DNA of 61,188 bases from an uncultured Candidatus Saccharibacteria bacterium (GCA_964443395.1 CAYUCN010000001.1:1-61188); one strand, 5' to 3'; positions 1-11,199 are shown, numbered from the stretch's first letter. Numbers and translations: made by a program. Notes: generated by a model from the letters alone, not told the origin.

Positions 1-88
1 GCAATCCCTATAACCGGCGGGCCCCGTGTTTGTGTGAGGTGGGTCGCGCTTCCGGGTCATCCGGAGTCGAACGACGATGCGTTGTAGG

Positions 89-141
89 GCCAAAAAGCTC
101 CTTTAGGTGAAGCCCACCCTTACCTAAAGGGGCTTTTTGGC
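89..141. terminator. Bidirectional intrinsic terminator-like hairpin
   Basis: GCCAAAAAGCTCCTTTAGGT pairs with ACCTAAAGGGGCTTTTTGGC; A/T tracts on both sides. Confidence 0.7.
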
Positions 142-210
142 TTTTCAGGAATTCTATGATATAATGTTAAAGACTACTTTAGTCGCACATTATTTTTAGG
201 AGGCCTCATC

Positions 211-678
211 ATGTATATCGACAGCCAAGAATTCTTCGAATTCCTCAAAGAACAAAGCGCAGCCTGCGGCGTTGATCTTATCGGTATCCTCGGCGCAGAC
301 GCCAACACACCCTTCTTCGTTGAAACCGTCTTTCTGGACGGCCTGAACCGCGAACTCAGCGAAGGCGCCGACGAAGACGGCCTGGACGAGTGGGAAGCCT
401 ACAGCTTCGCCCGCGACGGCCAGCCCTTCGTAGAAGTTCACCTTTCCTACCACGATAAACTCCAAGACTATATCGAGATTGTCTACATGGATCTCTACCC
501 CGACCCCGTCTACCCCGGCCGCTATGCTCTCCAAATTACCCGCAACGACAGCCTCATCTACGAACGCACCGCCAGCCAAGACGAACACACCGAGTGGCTC
601 ATCAACGGCATGGCCGAAGATCCCAATTACCAGGTTGACGGCGAAATCGCCTTTCATGGCGACACCACCAATATCTAG
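211..678 (+). CDS. Hypothetical acidic protein (155 aa)
   Basis: AGGAGG RBS, upstream TGATATAAT, C-ending codon bias, downstream terminator near 765-793. Confidence 0.7.
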   Translation: MYIDSQEFFEFLKEQSAACGVDLIGILGADANTPFFVETVFLDGLNRELSEGADEDGLDEWEAYSFARDGQPFVEVHLSYHDKLQDYIEIVYMDLYPDPVYPGRYALQITRNDSLIYERTASQDEHTEWLINGMAEDPNYQVDGEIAFHGDTTNI

Positions 679-955
679 CGTTTACCCTCAAGCACCGCCC
701 AGAACCACCAAGAGCCATCTCTAGAGAGGAACATCCAAAATTCAGCTTACCTCGGCAACTCCTTCTCCCCACCTACTCAGGTGGGGATTTTTATCTTTCT
801 TCACGCACGCTGCTTCCACTCATTAATAGCAGAGAAATATATTGGCTCCTACATTTAAGCAGCAATCCCATCACTCTCACGGTCCAGCAAAAATAGCTCC
901 AAATCTTCCAAAAACATAACTTTTTTGCATTTATCGCAAAATAACCATAAATAGA

Positions 956-986
956 CTAGACAAAACAGCAAAAGTGTGCTATAATG
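956..986 (+). promoter_or_regulatory. Sigma70-type promoter, nearly identical to 18637-18667
   Basis: TAGACA -35 and extended -10 TGCTATAAT. Confidence 0.7.
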
Positions 987-1071
987 GAAGTATAGGTTAT
1001 CACCTAAGCCCCTTATTAATTGGTTAAACAGCTTAGGTGAACAGTCTAGTATTAAAAAGGAGGGTCAACTC

Positions 1072-1737
1072 ATGGGTTCCCAGAAAAAAGCTGATCTGAT
1101 TACCAATGTCATCTTAATCGCATTGGTAGTCGCCACCATGGTGGTAGCCGCGATCTTCATCAGAAGTCGCTGGATTACTGCTCACCCCAAGCCCGACTCC
1201 GCCGCCGACACCTCTGCCACCAACACTACTTCCAGCGATGACACCGCAAACCCCGACTCCATCCCTACAGAAGCAAAGTCCACCCTACGAGTCTCCGCTA
1301 AAGTCGGCCAAGACGACAACTGGACCGACGATGCCATCCTAACTGTGGGCACCATGCTGCACTTGCGCACCTTCTGCGCCAACTGTAGCAGCGACGCCCA
1401 ACAGGTTTCTGTCCAAGTCAAGCTCCCCAGCGGTCTTCAGTATATTGACGGTACCAGTACCGCCAAATTCTCTGGAGACTCATCATACCTCGGTGTAGCC
1501 GAAGATACCCTCTGTAAGGAAGGTTTAGCACTTGGCCAACTGGCCGGCGCCGCCGACGGCGAGGACGAAGGCGAATATGTCTTCACTGAATGCGACATCC
1601 GCGTAAGAGACGATTCTACACCAATTGCCGGGCGCATCGCTATCACGTACTTTAGCGTCGATGCTAACGGCAATGAAAGCGAAGAAACCGCCATTATCCA
1701 GGTCGAATTCGCCGAACCCGCCAATGCCGCTGCTTAA
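1072..1737 (+). CDS. Membrane-anchored protein with Ser/Thr linker and DUF11-like Ig domain
   Basis: N-terminal TM, S/T/D-rich linker, LPSGLQYIDGTS motif typical of DUF11-like repeats; AAGGAGG RBS; terminator 1746-1770. Confidence 0.6.
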   Translation: MGSQKKADLITNVILIALVVATMVVAAIFIRSRWITAHPKPDSAADTSATNTTSSDDTANPDSIPTEAKSTLRVSAKVGQDDNWTDDAILTVGTMLHLRTFCANCSSDAQQVSVQVKLPSGLQYIDGTSTAKFSGDSSYLGVAEDTLCKEGLALGQLAGAADGEDEGEYVFTECDIRVRDDSTPIAGRIAITYFSVDANGNESEETAIIQVEFAEPANAAA

Positions 1738-1905
1738 CCCCCCTGGAGCGCTCCTTACGAGCGCTCCTTTTCCATCCCGCTAAACCCCTAGAGACACTGT
1801 CCATAACAAAATTTCCCAAGTAAAACTCACAATAATTTTTATCAAAATTCCTTCTAAAAATTAGGTCTTGTTTTTTCTCTCATTTTAGCGTAATGTAATA
1901 AATAT

Positions 1906-4281
1906 ATGCCTAAGAATTTAGTAATTGTAGAGTCTCCGGCCAAGGCTCATACTATTGAAAAATACCTAGGCCGAGATTTTCATGTCTTGGCGTCCGTTGG
2001 ACATATCCGCAAAGACACTAAAGTCGATAAAGAGACTTTCGATGTTACCTACGAAATCGACCCCGGACACAAAAACATCATTGCCGAACTCAAACGCGCC
2101 GCCAAAGCCGCCGAAACCATCTGGCTCGCTACCGACGAAGACCGCGAAGGCGAAGCAATTTCTTGGCATCTCACCGAGGTCCTTAATCTGCCCAAAAACA
2201 CACGTCGCATCACTTTTCATGAAATCACCAAGCCCGCTCTAGAAGCCGCCATCGCCCATCCCCGTACCGTCGATATGGATATGGTTGCCTCTCAGCAAGC
2301 CCGTCAGACTCTTGATATGCTAGTAGGTTACGACCTTTCTGGCGTAGTCCGGCGCAAAGTCCCCGGGGCAATCTCCGCTGGGCGTGTCCAGTCTCCCGCC
2401 CTACGCCTCATCGTTGAACGTGAAAAAGAAATCGCCAAATTTGAGACTAGCCCTAAGTTTAAGGTTACCGGCAAATTTACTACCACCGACGGCAGCGAAC
2501 TTACCGGCACCCTTAATCATAGCTTCACTACCGAAAAAACCGCCCAAAACTATCTCGAAAAAATCGCCAAGGCTAAATTTACCGTCGCCAACACTACCAA
2601 AACCCCTGGTGTCCGCCATCCCGCACCACCTTTTACTACCGCCAGCATGCAAATTGAAGCCAACTCGCGCCTTGGCTTCTCCACCAAGACTACCATGCAA
2701 GCCGCCCAGGCCCTCTACCAAGCCGGCCTCATTACTTATCACCGCACCGACAGCCTTAATCTATCCAAGCAAGCCATCGCCATGACTGCGCACTTCGTTG
2801 AGACCAATTATGGCAAAAACTATCTCAAAATCCGCAATTTTAAGACTAAATCCGCTGGCGCTCAAGAAGCTCACGAAGCCATCCGCCCCACTCATATCGA
2901 ACAAGAAGTTGCCGGCAAAAACGATTACGAACGCAAACTCTACAAGCTTATCCGTAGCCGCACCCTAGCCACTCAAATGGCCGATGCTCAGACCGAAAAA
3001 ACCGTCGTCACTATCTCTACTGATGCTGAACCGAAGTACGATTACGAAGCCAAAGGCGAAGTTATCGTTTTTGATGGCTTTTTACGTGTCACTGGCCGCA
3101 TGAAAGAAGAAGAACTCCCCGCTCTAAGCGTTGGCGACGTCCTAACTCGTCAATCTATCACTGCCCGCCAAAGCTTCTCTAAACCACCCGCCCGTTATAC
3201 CGAAGGCTCCCTAGTAAAAAAACTCGAGGAGCTCGGTATTGGTCGCCCTTCCACCTATGCTACCATCATGTCTGCCATTCAGACTCGCGGTTACGCCATC
3301 AAAGGTGATTCCGAAGGCGAACCGCGCGAAGTTGTTGAACTAACTTTAGATAAATCCAGCGTTAAACGTGCCCTCGTCACCGAAAAAACCGGCTCTACTA
3401 AAGGCAAGCTCATTCCTACACCCGTTGGCGAACTCCTAGCCGGCTTTCTCGTAGATAACTTTAATAACATTGTTGACTACAAGTTTACTGCTAATATCGA
3501 AGAAGACCTTGACAAAATCGCCGAAGCTAAGCTCGCTCGCGTCAAAATGCTTCGTGATTTTTACGGACCTTTCCAAAAAGAAGTTCTCAAATCCGACGAT
3601 GCCGCTCGCTACAACAACGCCAGGGAACTAGGCAAGGATCCTCAAACTGGCTTACCCATTTATGCTAAAATCGGCCGTCATGGCGGTTTTATTCAGCTCG
3701 GTGATAACGAGAAAGCCACTGGCGAAAAACCACGTTTCGCGCCACTTCCTAAAGGCAAAACCGAAAAAACCGTCACTTTACAAGAGGCTCTGAAACAGCT
3801 CGCTATGCCAGCCCTACCACGCGCGCTTGGCACCACCAAAGATGGCACCGAAATCATCGCCGCTAGCGGCCCATTTGGTCCATATCTTAAAGCCGGCAAA
3901 TACAACATCCAAATCAAAGACTACGACCCATACACTATTGATTTCGCTACTGCTAATAAGCTTTATCAAGACAAGATCAACTCTATCATCGCCGATTGGG
4001 GAGATATTATGATCATTATCGGTGCCTATGGCCCCTATATTAAAGGGCCAGGTCGCTTTAATAACGTCAAAATTCCCAAAGACCAAGACCCTAAAAAGAT
4101 TACCCTCACCGAAGCCAAAAAAATGCTCGAAGCTAAGCCGGCTCGCACCAGTCGTTTTGCCAAAAAAACTTCAGCAAAAACCAAAACTACTACCAAGTCA
4201 ACTACCAAAACTCGCAAAACCGCCAAAAAATCCACTACCGCCAAAAAGGCTTCTCCCAAAACCCGTCGAACTAAAAAGTAG
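1906..4281 (+). CDS. topA: DNA topoisomerase I (type IA) with C-terminal repeats and Lys-rich tail
   Basis: LVIVESPAKA, ATDEDREGEAI, SAGRVQS, ITYHRTDS (catalytic Tyr), AQEAHEAIRP, GIGRPSTY. Confidence 0.98.
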   Translation: MPKNLVIVESPAKAHTIEKYLGRDFHVLASVGHIRKDTKVDKETFDVTYEIDPGHKNIIAELKRAAKAAETIWLATDEDREGEAISWHLTEVLNLPKNTRRITFHEITKPALEAAIAHPRTVDMDMVASQQARQTLDMLVGYDLSGVVRRKVPGAISAGRVQSPALRLIVEREKEIAKFETSPKFKVTGKFTTTDGSELTGTLNHSFTTEKTAQNYLEKIAKAKFTVANTTKTPGVRHPAPPFTTASMQIEANSRLGFSTKTTMQAAQALYQAGLITYHRTDSLNLSKQAIAMTAHFVETNYGKNYLKIRNFKTKSAGAQEAHEAIRPTHIEQEVAGKNDYERKLYKLIRSRTLATQMADAQTEKTVVTISTDAEPKYDYEAKGEVIVFDGFLRVTGRMKEEELPALSVGDVLTRQSITARQSFSKPPARYTEGSLVKKLEELGIGRPSTYATIMSAIQTRGYAIKGDSEGEPREVVELTLDKSSVKRALVTEKTGSTKGKLIPTPVGELLAGFLVDNFNNIVDYKFTANIEEDLDKIAEAKLARVKMLRDFYGPFQKEVLKSDDAARYNNARELGKDPQTGLPIYAKIGRHGGFIQLGDNEKATGEKPRFAPLPKGKTEKTVTLQEALKQLAMPALPRALGTTKDGTEIIAASGPFGPYLKAGKYNIQIKDYDPYTIDFATANKLYQDKINSIIADWGDIMIIIGAYGPYIKGPGRFNNVKIPKDQDPKKITLTEAKKMLEAKPARTSRFAKKTSAKTKTTTKSTTKTRKTAKKSTTAKKASPKTRRTKK

Positions 4282-4484
4282 GCTTATCTATTTTTTAACT
4301 CTTTTTGTTGTATTTTTTACAACATATTTTCTTCGGTCCACCCCTAGACTTTAATGATCTTCACTATAAACGCCTAGACTTTTTTCCTCTTTTATTAGAT
4401 AATTGGCACATTGATATTCCGAATTTTAATTTCGGAAATCTGCACCTTATAATCTATGGTTAGTTATCAGAAAGGAAGTTATCC

Positions 4485-5513
4485 ATGAAACTCTCACAGA
4501 AATTCTGCCTTTATCTTGTTACTTTCACCCTGATCCTTAGTCTCTCGCCTACCGCGCAAGCCACTACTAACTACACCTCCGAACTCGCCACCCCGAGCAT
4601 GCTCATCGAAGCTATTGCCGACCATCTCAATGTCCCCGCCGATGTCGACACACTCGTCCAGCTTGGTGTTATTACCGACAATCCCGGCCTTTGGCAACGC
4701 GATACTATTTGTGTTTGCGAGCTCTACCCCAATCTCCTGCCACTTTACGGTATTTACCCCTATCCTGCAATCTTTTACCCTCACATTCTCCCCGGGGAAG
4801 ATCGCGCTCACAGCTCTTTCTGCGACGATGCTACTATTGCTGCCATCGTCACCGGATTAGCCACTCCCACCACTTACCTAGACATCAACTATGCCACCAA
4901 AGATCTCCTCGACAATCTAATTACTCGCCTCGAAACTGGCGATTATACCCCTCTTACTCCGCCTGCCGCCCTACCCGAAGACCTTGCCGATACCGTATGG
5001 AATCAATCTAATTTTAGCTATCGTAACACTGTCATGACCGCCGCCTACCATCTACCCGAAGGCTGGTTTGATCACTTCCAAGAACTTGGCTGGCACATTA
5101 GCTACGACATTCCTGAAAAATATGCCGCCAAGCGCAAAGACCGCCCCAACACTAAAACTATTGCCGTCACTTCTCGCCCCGATAAGACTATCTACTTCTT
5201 TGAGCCGCCCACCTATCAAACTATTATCCACGAATTTACCCATTTTGCCTCCATTAACCTCCCAAACGGCTATTCCGAAATGGAAGCCTGTTTCCAGTCC
5301 GAAGGTCCTGCCCTTACCGAAGGTCCTGCCCTTACCAAAATTCTACGCGAATACGCTCAAACTAATTGCCTAGAATATACCGCTTGTTTTATGGAGCATT
5401 GGATTATTCATCCCGAAAAACGTCTTACGCTCACCTCTAAGGCTCCGCAAACTGCCGCCCTTGCCTACAAGCTCACCCAAGATTACGTTGCCCTTACTCA
5501 CCCTCAAAACTAG
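4485..5513 (+). CDS. Secreted protein with HEXXH zinc-metallopeptidase motif
   Basis: Signal peptide; IIHEFTHF followed by a downstream YA..N..E motif; AGAAAGGA RBS; terminator 5525-5545. Confidence 0.6.
   Translation: MKLSQKFCLYLVTFTLILSLSPTAQATTNYTSELATPSMLIEAIADHLNVPADVDTLVQLGVITDNPGLWQRDTICVCELYPNLLPLYGIYPYPAIFYPHILPGEDRAHSSFCDDATIAAIVTGLATPTTYLDINYATKDLLDNLITRLETGDYTPLTPPAALPEDLADTVWNQSNFSYRNTVMTAAYHLPEGWFDHFQELGWHISYDIPEKYAAKRKDRPNTKTIAVTSRPDKTIYFFEPPTYQTIIHEFTHFASINLPNGYSEMEACFQSEGPALTEGPALTKILREYAQTNCLEYTACFMEHWIIHPEKRLTLTSKAPQTAALAYKLTQDYVALTHPQN
5301..5336 (+). repeat. Exact 18-bp in-frame tandem duplication (EGPALT x2)
   Basis: GAAGGTCCTGCCCTTACC repeated twice. Confidence 0.95.
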
Positions 5514-5759
5514 CCACATTTTCTGCGCCCCTACAGGGGCGCTTATCTTATATTTTTATCATAAGCAATATGTGCATAATTGTCAAAAATACATTCAAAT
5601 TTATGCAAAATTTCGCTAAAAAGTGGTATAATAAATATAGGAATTTAACAATTTTTAAGAAAAATCAAAATTCACTATTGACATCATAGATAAAACATGA
5701 TATCATTTAGTGAAGTACTAATATTAAACATAAGTTTGGATGGGAACGAAGGGAACCTG

Positions 5760-6794
5760 ATGGACCAAAACGCCAGTATCATAGAAAACGCCATTTTAGG
5801 TAGTTTAAATATCATTGAACAAGAGCGCGAACGTGAAATCATCTCGCGTCGATTTGGGATTACCGGACAAAGAGAGACTTTAGAGCAAATTGGCGAACTT
5901 TTAAATATCACGCGCGAGCGCGTACGTCAGCTCGAGAAAGCCATTCTTGTACGCCTGCGCATTGGCGCCGATGAAGGTCAAATCCCCGCCATTGCCCCCG
6001 CCGAAAAGCTCATGATTCGTCACCTTATCGAACTCGGTCGTGTCGCCCGCACCTCTACTCTTGCCGACCAACTCTACGGGCACAAATCTACCCCTAGCGA
6101 ACGCGCTAAACTTGTCTTCATTAGCGCGATTTCTAATAATCTCACCTGCATCGACGAGAATGACCTCTATCACTCCGCCATCGGCATTGCCGACTATGGC
6201 GACGCTTACCAAATCCGTGAGCGCGTCGACGAAATTGTCGATATTATCCGCCGTAACAAATCCCCTATGACTATTGATCAGCTCGATAGCGTCCTCGATT
6301 ACGAGCACCCTAGCTACATCCAAGCCATCGCCTCCATTTCTAAACAGCTCGCCTCACTTAACGGCCTCTGGGGCCTCACCAAATGGCCCACCGTTAACCC
6401 GCGCAACATCCGCGACAAGATCTTCGTCGTTCTTGAGGCTAAAAAAGAACCTATGCATTTCTCCGAAATCGCCGAAGCCATCTCTGCTTCAGATTTTCGC
6501 CGCAAAAACGTCACTATCCAGGCTATTCATAACGAACTAATTAAAGATTCTCGTTTTGTCCTCATCGGGCGCGGCATTTATGCTCTAAATACCTGGGGCT
6601 ACGCCAAAGGTACTGTCGCTGACATTATTACTAATATCCTCAAAGACGCCGGCCAGCCTCTTACCCGCGAAGAAATCGTCAAGCGCGTCCTTCATGCACG
6701 CAAGGTTAAGGAAACTACCGTCCTTCTCAACCTCCAAAATAAGAATCTGTTCACCAAAGTTGGCAAAGATTCTTACGATTTAGTTAATAAATAA
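5760..6794 (+). CDS. Sigma70 region-4 HTH plus HARE-HTH (RNAP delta-like) protein
   Basis: RETLEQIGELLNITRERVRQLE (sigma R4); PMHFSEIAE..IHNELIKDSRFVLIGRGIYAL; start placed at ATG 5760 after GAAGGGA. Confidence 0.8.
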   Translation: MDQNASIIENAILGSLNIIEQEREREIISRRFGITGQRETLEQIGELLNITRERVRQLEKAILVRLRIGADEGQIPAIAPAEKLMIRHLIELGRVARTSTLADQLYGHKSTPSERAKLVFISAISNNLTCIDENDLYHSAIGIADYGDAYQIRERVDEIVDIIRRNKSPMTIDQLDSVLDYEHPSYIQAIASISKQLASLNGLWGLTKWPTVNPRNIRDKIFVVLEAKKEPMHFSEIAEAISASDFRRKNVTIQAIHNELIKDSRFVLIGRGIYALNTWGYAKGTVADIITNILKDAGQPLTREEIVKRVLHARKVKETTVLLNLQNKNLFTKVGKDSYDLVNK

Positions 6795-6868
6795 TTCATC
6801 CTATTTTGCAAAATGTCCACGCTTTTATAATTGTGCCTTTTGCCAACATATAGTATAATAAAGTTATC

Positions 6869-9800
6869 ATGCTTTCGCAAATTATTCATTTTATTTTGCA
6901 ACCTTTTGTTTGGATACCGATTGTTGGTATTTTTGCTATTCTTTCCTACATCAATTATCGCAAGCTTAACCGTCTCAAAGTTCTCAATACCGATTCCGTG
7001 CTCCTGATGCTCGAAATTCCACGCACTAATGATAAAAAAGAACTCGCCGCTGAACAATTATTTGCAAGCCTACACGGCATTCTGCGCGATGCTTCCGAGC
7101 TCAAACAATCCGGCGGCGTCCAAGAACATCTTAGCTTCGAAATTGTCAGTACTAGCGGGCAAATTCGTTTTTATGTGTGGGTACCAAAAATCCTCCAGAG
7201 CTTCGTCGAAGGGCAAATTTACGCCCAATACCCCACTGTCCAAATTTACAAAATAAACGAAGATTATTGTGATGAGCGCGAAAAATACCCCGTCACTTAC
7301 TCCGCCGAGCTTACCCTAACCGAGAACGAAGCTCTCCCCATTAAAACTTTCGATACTTTTGAAGTCGACCCGCTCGCGGGCATTACTGGCACTCTTGCAA
7401 AACTTAATCCCGATGCCTCTGAAGAACTCTGGATTCAAATTTTAATTCGTCCCATCCCCGATGATTGGCACAAAGATACCACCGATAAATGGGTTAGCAA
7501 AGTCAAAGCTGGCAAGTCTGGCGGCGTAATCGACTGGGTCTGGCTCCGTCAAGCTCTCGGCGCATTCTTTACACCACCCACCGGTGGCACCCTTGACGAC
7601 AGCAAACCCGAGCTTTCCGAACGCGATAAGACTCGCATCGCCAAAGCCGAAGAAAAAGCTACTAAACTCGGCTATGAAGTCAAAATCCGTCTCGCTTACC
7701 TCGGCCAAGAACAAATCAACGCCAAACTCAATATGCAAGCTCTCGTCGGCACCTTTAAGCAATATAATTCTACTAATCTTAACGGTTTTAAGCTTACCGG
7801 CGGCAGCTTTAAGGCCGAAGATCTTGACGCCTACAAAATGCGTCAGTTCATCGGACGCGGCTTTATCCTCAATATTTCTGAGCTGGCTTCCGTCTACCAC
7901 CTTCCGCATACTTCCGTAGAAACCCCTAATATCGTCTGGGCTACCTCCAAGACTGCCGAACCACCCTCTACTCTCCCACTCATCACTGGCCAGCCTGCAC
8001 ATGATGAGAATATCTCCGCTTTCGGCCTTACCAACTTTCGTGGTATTAACCATCAATTCGGCATGCTCCGTCGTGACCGCTCCCGCCATGTTTACATCAT
8101 TGGTCAAACCGGTGCTGGTAAATCTGGTATGCTCGAACTTTTCGCGCTCTCTGACATCTTTTATAATCAAGGCTACTGCATTATCGATCCACACGGCGAT
8201 TTCGCCATTAATAATCTCCGCTTTGTCCCCGAAAGCCGCATCAAAGATGTAATTTATTTCAATCCCGCTGATACAGCTTACCCTGTCGCCTTTAATCCTC
8301 TCGAGCTCAGCGACCCTGCCCGCAAGCCTAACGTTTGTTCAGAAGTCATCGGCGTGCTTAAACGCATGTTTGGCGATTCTTGGGGTCCACGCCTAGAACA
8401 CATTCTAAGGTACACTTTGCTAGCTCTGCTCGATCGTCCAGAGACCACCTTGCTTGATATCTCCCGCATCCTCACCGACAAAGATTTTCGTAAAGAAACC
8501 CTTGACTATTGTACCGATGTCACCGTCTTACAATTCTGGAAGCACGAGTTTGGCCAATGGAACGAAAAACAAGTCAATGAGAGCATCGCCCCAGTACTTA
8601 ATAAGGTTGGCGCCTTCACCGCTAATCCTATCATTCGTAATATTATCGGCCAACCCAAATCCTCCTTCGACGTTCGCAAAATCATGGACGAAGGTAAAAT
8701 TCTCGTCGTCAATCTGTCCAAAGGTCTCATCGGCGAAGATAACGCTGGTATCCTCGGCGCCTTCCTCGTTACTAAAGTCCAGCTCGCTGCTATGAGCCGC
8801 TCCGATATCCCTAACGTCGCCGACCGTCGCCCGTTCTATCTCTATGTGGATGAGTTTCAGAACTTTGCCACCGACTCTTTCGCGGTTATCCTCTCTGAGG
8901 CACGTAAATATGGCCTAAATCTCACCGTTGCCAACCAGTATATTTCTCAAATGACTGATTCCGTCCGCGACGCCGTCTTTGGTAACGTTGGTACCACTAT
9001 TAGCTTCCGCGTTTCTGCCGATGACGCCCCTATCCTTTCTAAACAGTTTGAACCAACCTTCGATCAATCCGACCTTATCCAGATGAACAATCGCCACTTC
9101 GTTATCTCTATGATCATTAATGGCGAGAAAGTCCCCGCCTTCTCCGCCACCACATTATCTCTGCCAACCACACCAAAAGACAATTTCGACCAAATCGTCG
9201 AAAGCTCCCGCCGTGGCTACGCTCGCAACCGTGCCGAAGTCGAAGCCGAAATCCGCGAAACCATCGAGCAATCCGAAAAATACAAAAAAGAACTCTCAGA
9301 CAGCGGTCGCATGATTGACGAGCAAATCAGTAATAGTTATACTAGTCGCAATTATAGCGGGGAATCAGACGGTCGCAGAGAAGCAGGGAATTACACTCAA
9401 AACCGTACAAATACCGAACGCATCCCTAATTCTAGCCGAGAGGGAACTAAAAAATCCGCCTTCCAATACATCCCCACCCCTCAAGCCGATTTCAAAAAGC
9501 TCAAACTCTCACCTAATAGCGCCGAGGGGAAGCAAAGCCTAGGGCTCAAAGATCTCGGCAATCTCGTCAAAGCCAGGGAAACACGGCCAGAAAAAGCCTC
9601 ACAAGCCCCCGCAAAGAAAACACCTGAGTCTCATCCCACTAATACTGATAAACCCGCTAGCAGACCCCAAAATAGCCCTAAACGCGAAATCCGCTCATTC
9701 GAAGCATCAAAATCGGCACCAAATTCGCCTAAAACCCCCGCTAAATCCGCTTCGCAGGCGTCTCCATCTGCCACATCAAACGACCGCCTCAAGCAAGCTA

Positions 9801-9922
9801 ATCAGATCGTCTCACGCGAAGCCGCCCGACGCGCCGAAGCTAAATTTGTAGGCAAAGTGGCCAATCCCAAGCTCAAGTCCACCGGCAAAGCCGTTCTCAA
9901 GGCTGTCAATAAGCAAAAATAA
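6869..9922 (+). CDS. VirD4/TraD/HerA-like P-loop ATPase with N-terminal TM and low-complexity C-tail
   Basis: Walker A GQTGAGKS, IIDPHGD, Walker B LYVDEFQ, SEARKYGL..ANQ, FGNVGT. Confidence 0.85.
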   Translation: MLSQIIHFILQPFVWIPIVGIFAILSYINYRKLNRLKVLNTDSVLLMLEIPRTNDKKELAAEQLFASLHGILRDASELKQSGGVQEHLSFEIVSTSGQIRFYVWVPKILQSFVEGQIYAQYPTVQIYKINEDYCDEREKYPVTYSAELTLTENEALPIKTFDTFEVDPLAGITGTLAKLNPDASEELWIQILIRPIPDDWHKDTTDKWVSKVKAGKSGGVIDWVWLRQALGAFFTPPTGGTLDDSKPELSERDKTRIAKAEEKATKLGYEVKIRLAYLGQEQINAKLNMQALVGTFKQYNSTNLNGFKLTGGSFKAEDLDAYKMRQFIGRGFILNISELASVYHLPHTSVETPNIVWATSKTAEPPSTLPLITGQPAHDENISAFGLTNFRGINHQFGMLRRDRSRHVYIIGQTGAGKSGMLELFALSDIFYNQGYCIIDPHGDFAINNLRFVPESRIKDVIYFNPADTAYPVAFNPLELSDPARKPNVCSEVIGVLKRMFGDSWGPRLEHILRYTLLALLDRPETTLLDISRILTDKDFRKETLDYCTDVTVLQFWKHEFGQWNEKQVNESIAPVLNKVGAFTANPIIRNIIGQPKSSFDVRKIMDEGKILVVNLSKGLIGEDNAGILGAFLVTKVQLAAMSRSDIPNVADRRPFYLYVDEFQNFATDSFAVILSEARKYGLNLTVANQYISQMTDSVRDAVFGNVGTTISFRVSADDAPILSKQFEPTFDQSDLIQMNNRHFVISMIINGEKVPAFSATTLSLPTTPKDNFDQIVESSRRGYARNRAEVEAEIRETIEQSEKYKKELSDSGRMIDEQISNSYTSRNYSGESDGRREAGNYTQNRTNTERIPNSSREGTKKSAFQYIPTPQADFKKLKLSPNSAEGKQSLGLKDLGNLVKARETRPEKASQAPAKKTPESHPTNTDKPASRPQNSPKREIRSFEASKSAPNSPKTPAKSASQASPSATSNDRLKQANQIVSREAARRAEAKFVGKVANPKLKSTGKAVLKAVNKQK

Positions 9923-10398
9923 CCAGTATTTACGGTGGGAATAATCTAAAATTCCACACTAGGCAAAGCTTGCTCTAACATCCGCCTCAAAGAGGGAATT
10001 ATCACCTTTCAACTTTTTTCAATATCCTGTTATATAGTTCCCTGTAGCCCCTGTTTTACGCTTTTGCTTGCAAAAACGCCTTCTCTCTACGTCGTCAATC
10101 ACCCACAATGGCGCAACTGGTGGCCATTATCCACCTCTCCAGACCCTCTTAGCGATCTCACACTAGCCACTTGTGGCATCATCTACGCTTGTATCTATCT
10201 ATATCATAGCACCTGGCTCCAAGCTCTTATCTACGCCAGTGCCTAATGCATAATCCGTTGCGTCCGCCCTTATTCAACCTTGCAGCCAGCCCACCCAGGC
10301 TGGCTTTTTAAGCTCCAATAATCCACATACAATCCTAAAACACCCCCAAATCCAGCCGGGGAAGAGGTATAGACAATCGTCTTTTAGCTAGATTCTTA

Positions 10399-10426
10399 AT
10401 GTCGCACAATACATATTTTACGACAT
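10399..10426. other. dif/Xer-like 11-6-11 recombination site
   Basis: ATGTCGCACAA-TACATA-TTTTACGACAT, imperfect inverted arms around a 6-bp spacer. Confidence 0.45.
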
Positions 10427-10869
10427 TGTATAAGGGTAAGGCCTACCAATCCGACCCTCCACCCCTATAGCCGCCACGCCCACCTCTATACAGATTTTTT
10501 GTGATTTTCAAATTCCCTAGTCCCCTCTTTTTCATTTATTTCAACGCAATCAACTCGCACCTCATCACCGTGCAATCTCACAAAAATTGGATTTCATTTC
10601 AAAACACCCCTCCCCACCAACCCGAACATTACCAGAACTAAAATAGAATCACCAACAGGCATTTCTCGCTCTCATAAAGAGAACTCTCTAGCAATTCGCC
10701 TTCAGCAGACCGCGTAGCGCGTCTGCACTGAAGCACCCATTATCTTACTTACACCTCCGTTAAATCCTACAATATCTTACAGAACCCTTGATTTATGACG
10801 GTTTTTATGCTACAATATTACTATTCACCTAAATGTACCTTAATCATTTCCACACAAGGAGGCTATCGC

Positions 10870-11199
10870 ATGACTATTTCCCTTTCACTCATCAACGCAA
10901 TCCTTAAATACATCTGTATCTACGCCGCCGCTATCATTGGCGCTTGGCGCCTCATCCCAGACATCTCCCAGCTGCCCACCGTTGCGGATATCGCCGCCGC
11001 CAGCAGTTCCATCGTCCTTCGATCTATTATATTACTGGTCATCTTCACTATTGGCAACGCCACCCTCTGGGACGGTTATCCAGAGATTGTTAGCTTTCTT
11101 ACCTTTATGGCCTATGCCGCTCCACTCTTAGCCATAGCTGGCTATTGCGACCGTCAACTTGAACAGCTCGAACAATCCACTCCTCAAACACCTCTCTAA
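10870..11199 (+). CDS. Small integral membrane protein (about 3 TM)
   Basis: AAGGAGG before ATG 10870; hydrophobic segments; terminator 11207-11230. Confidence 0.65.
   Translation: MTISLSLINAILKYICIYAAAIIGAWRLIPDISQLPTVADIAAASSSIVLRSIILLVIFTIGNATLWDGYPEIVSFLTFMAYAAPLLAIAGYCDRQLEQLEQSTPQTPL

Noticed and set aside
1-87. Possible 3' end of a gene entering the window
   Set aside because: Only 28 codons before a TAG; too short to support a call
6869-9922. Conjugative element
   Set aside because: Lone VirD4-like ATPase with no relaxase or mating-pair genes nearby
10399-10426. Chromosomal terminus dif site
   Set aside because: The + strand stays C-rich on both sides; kept only as a possible accessory Xer-like site
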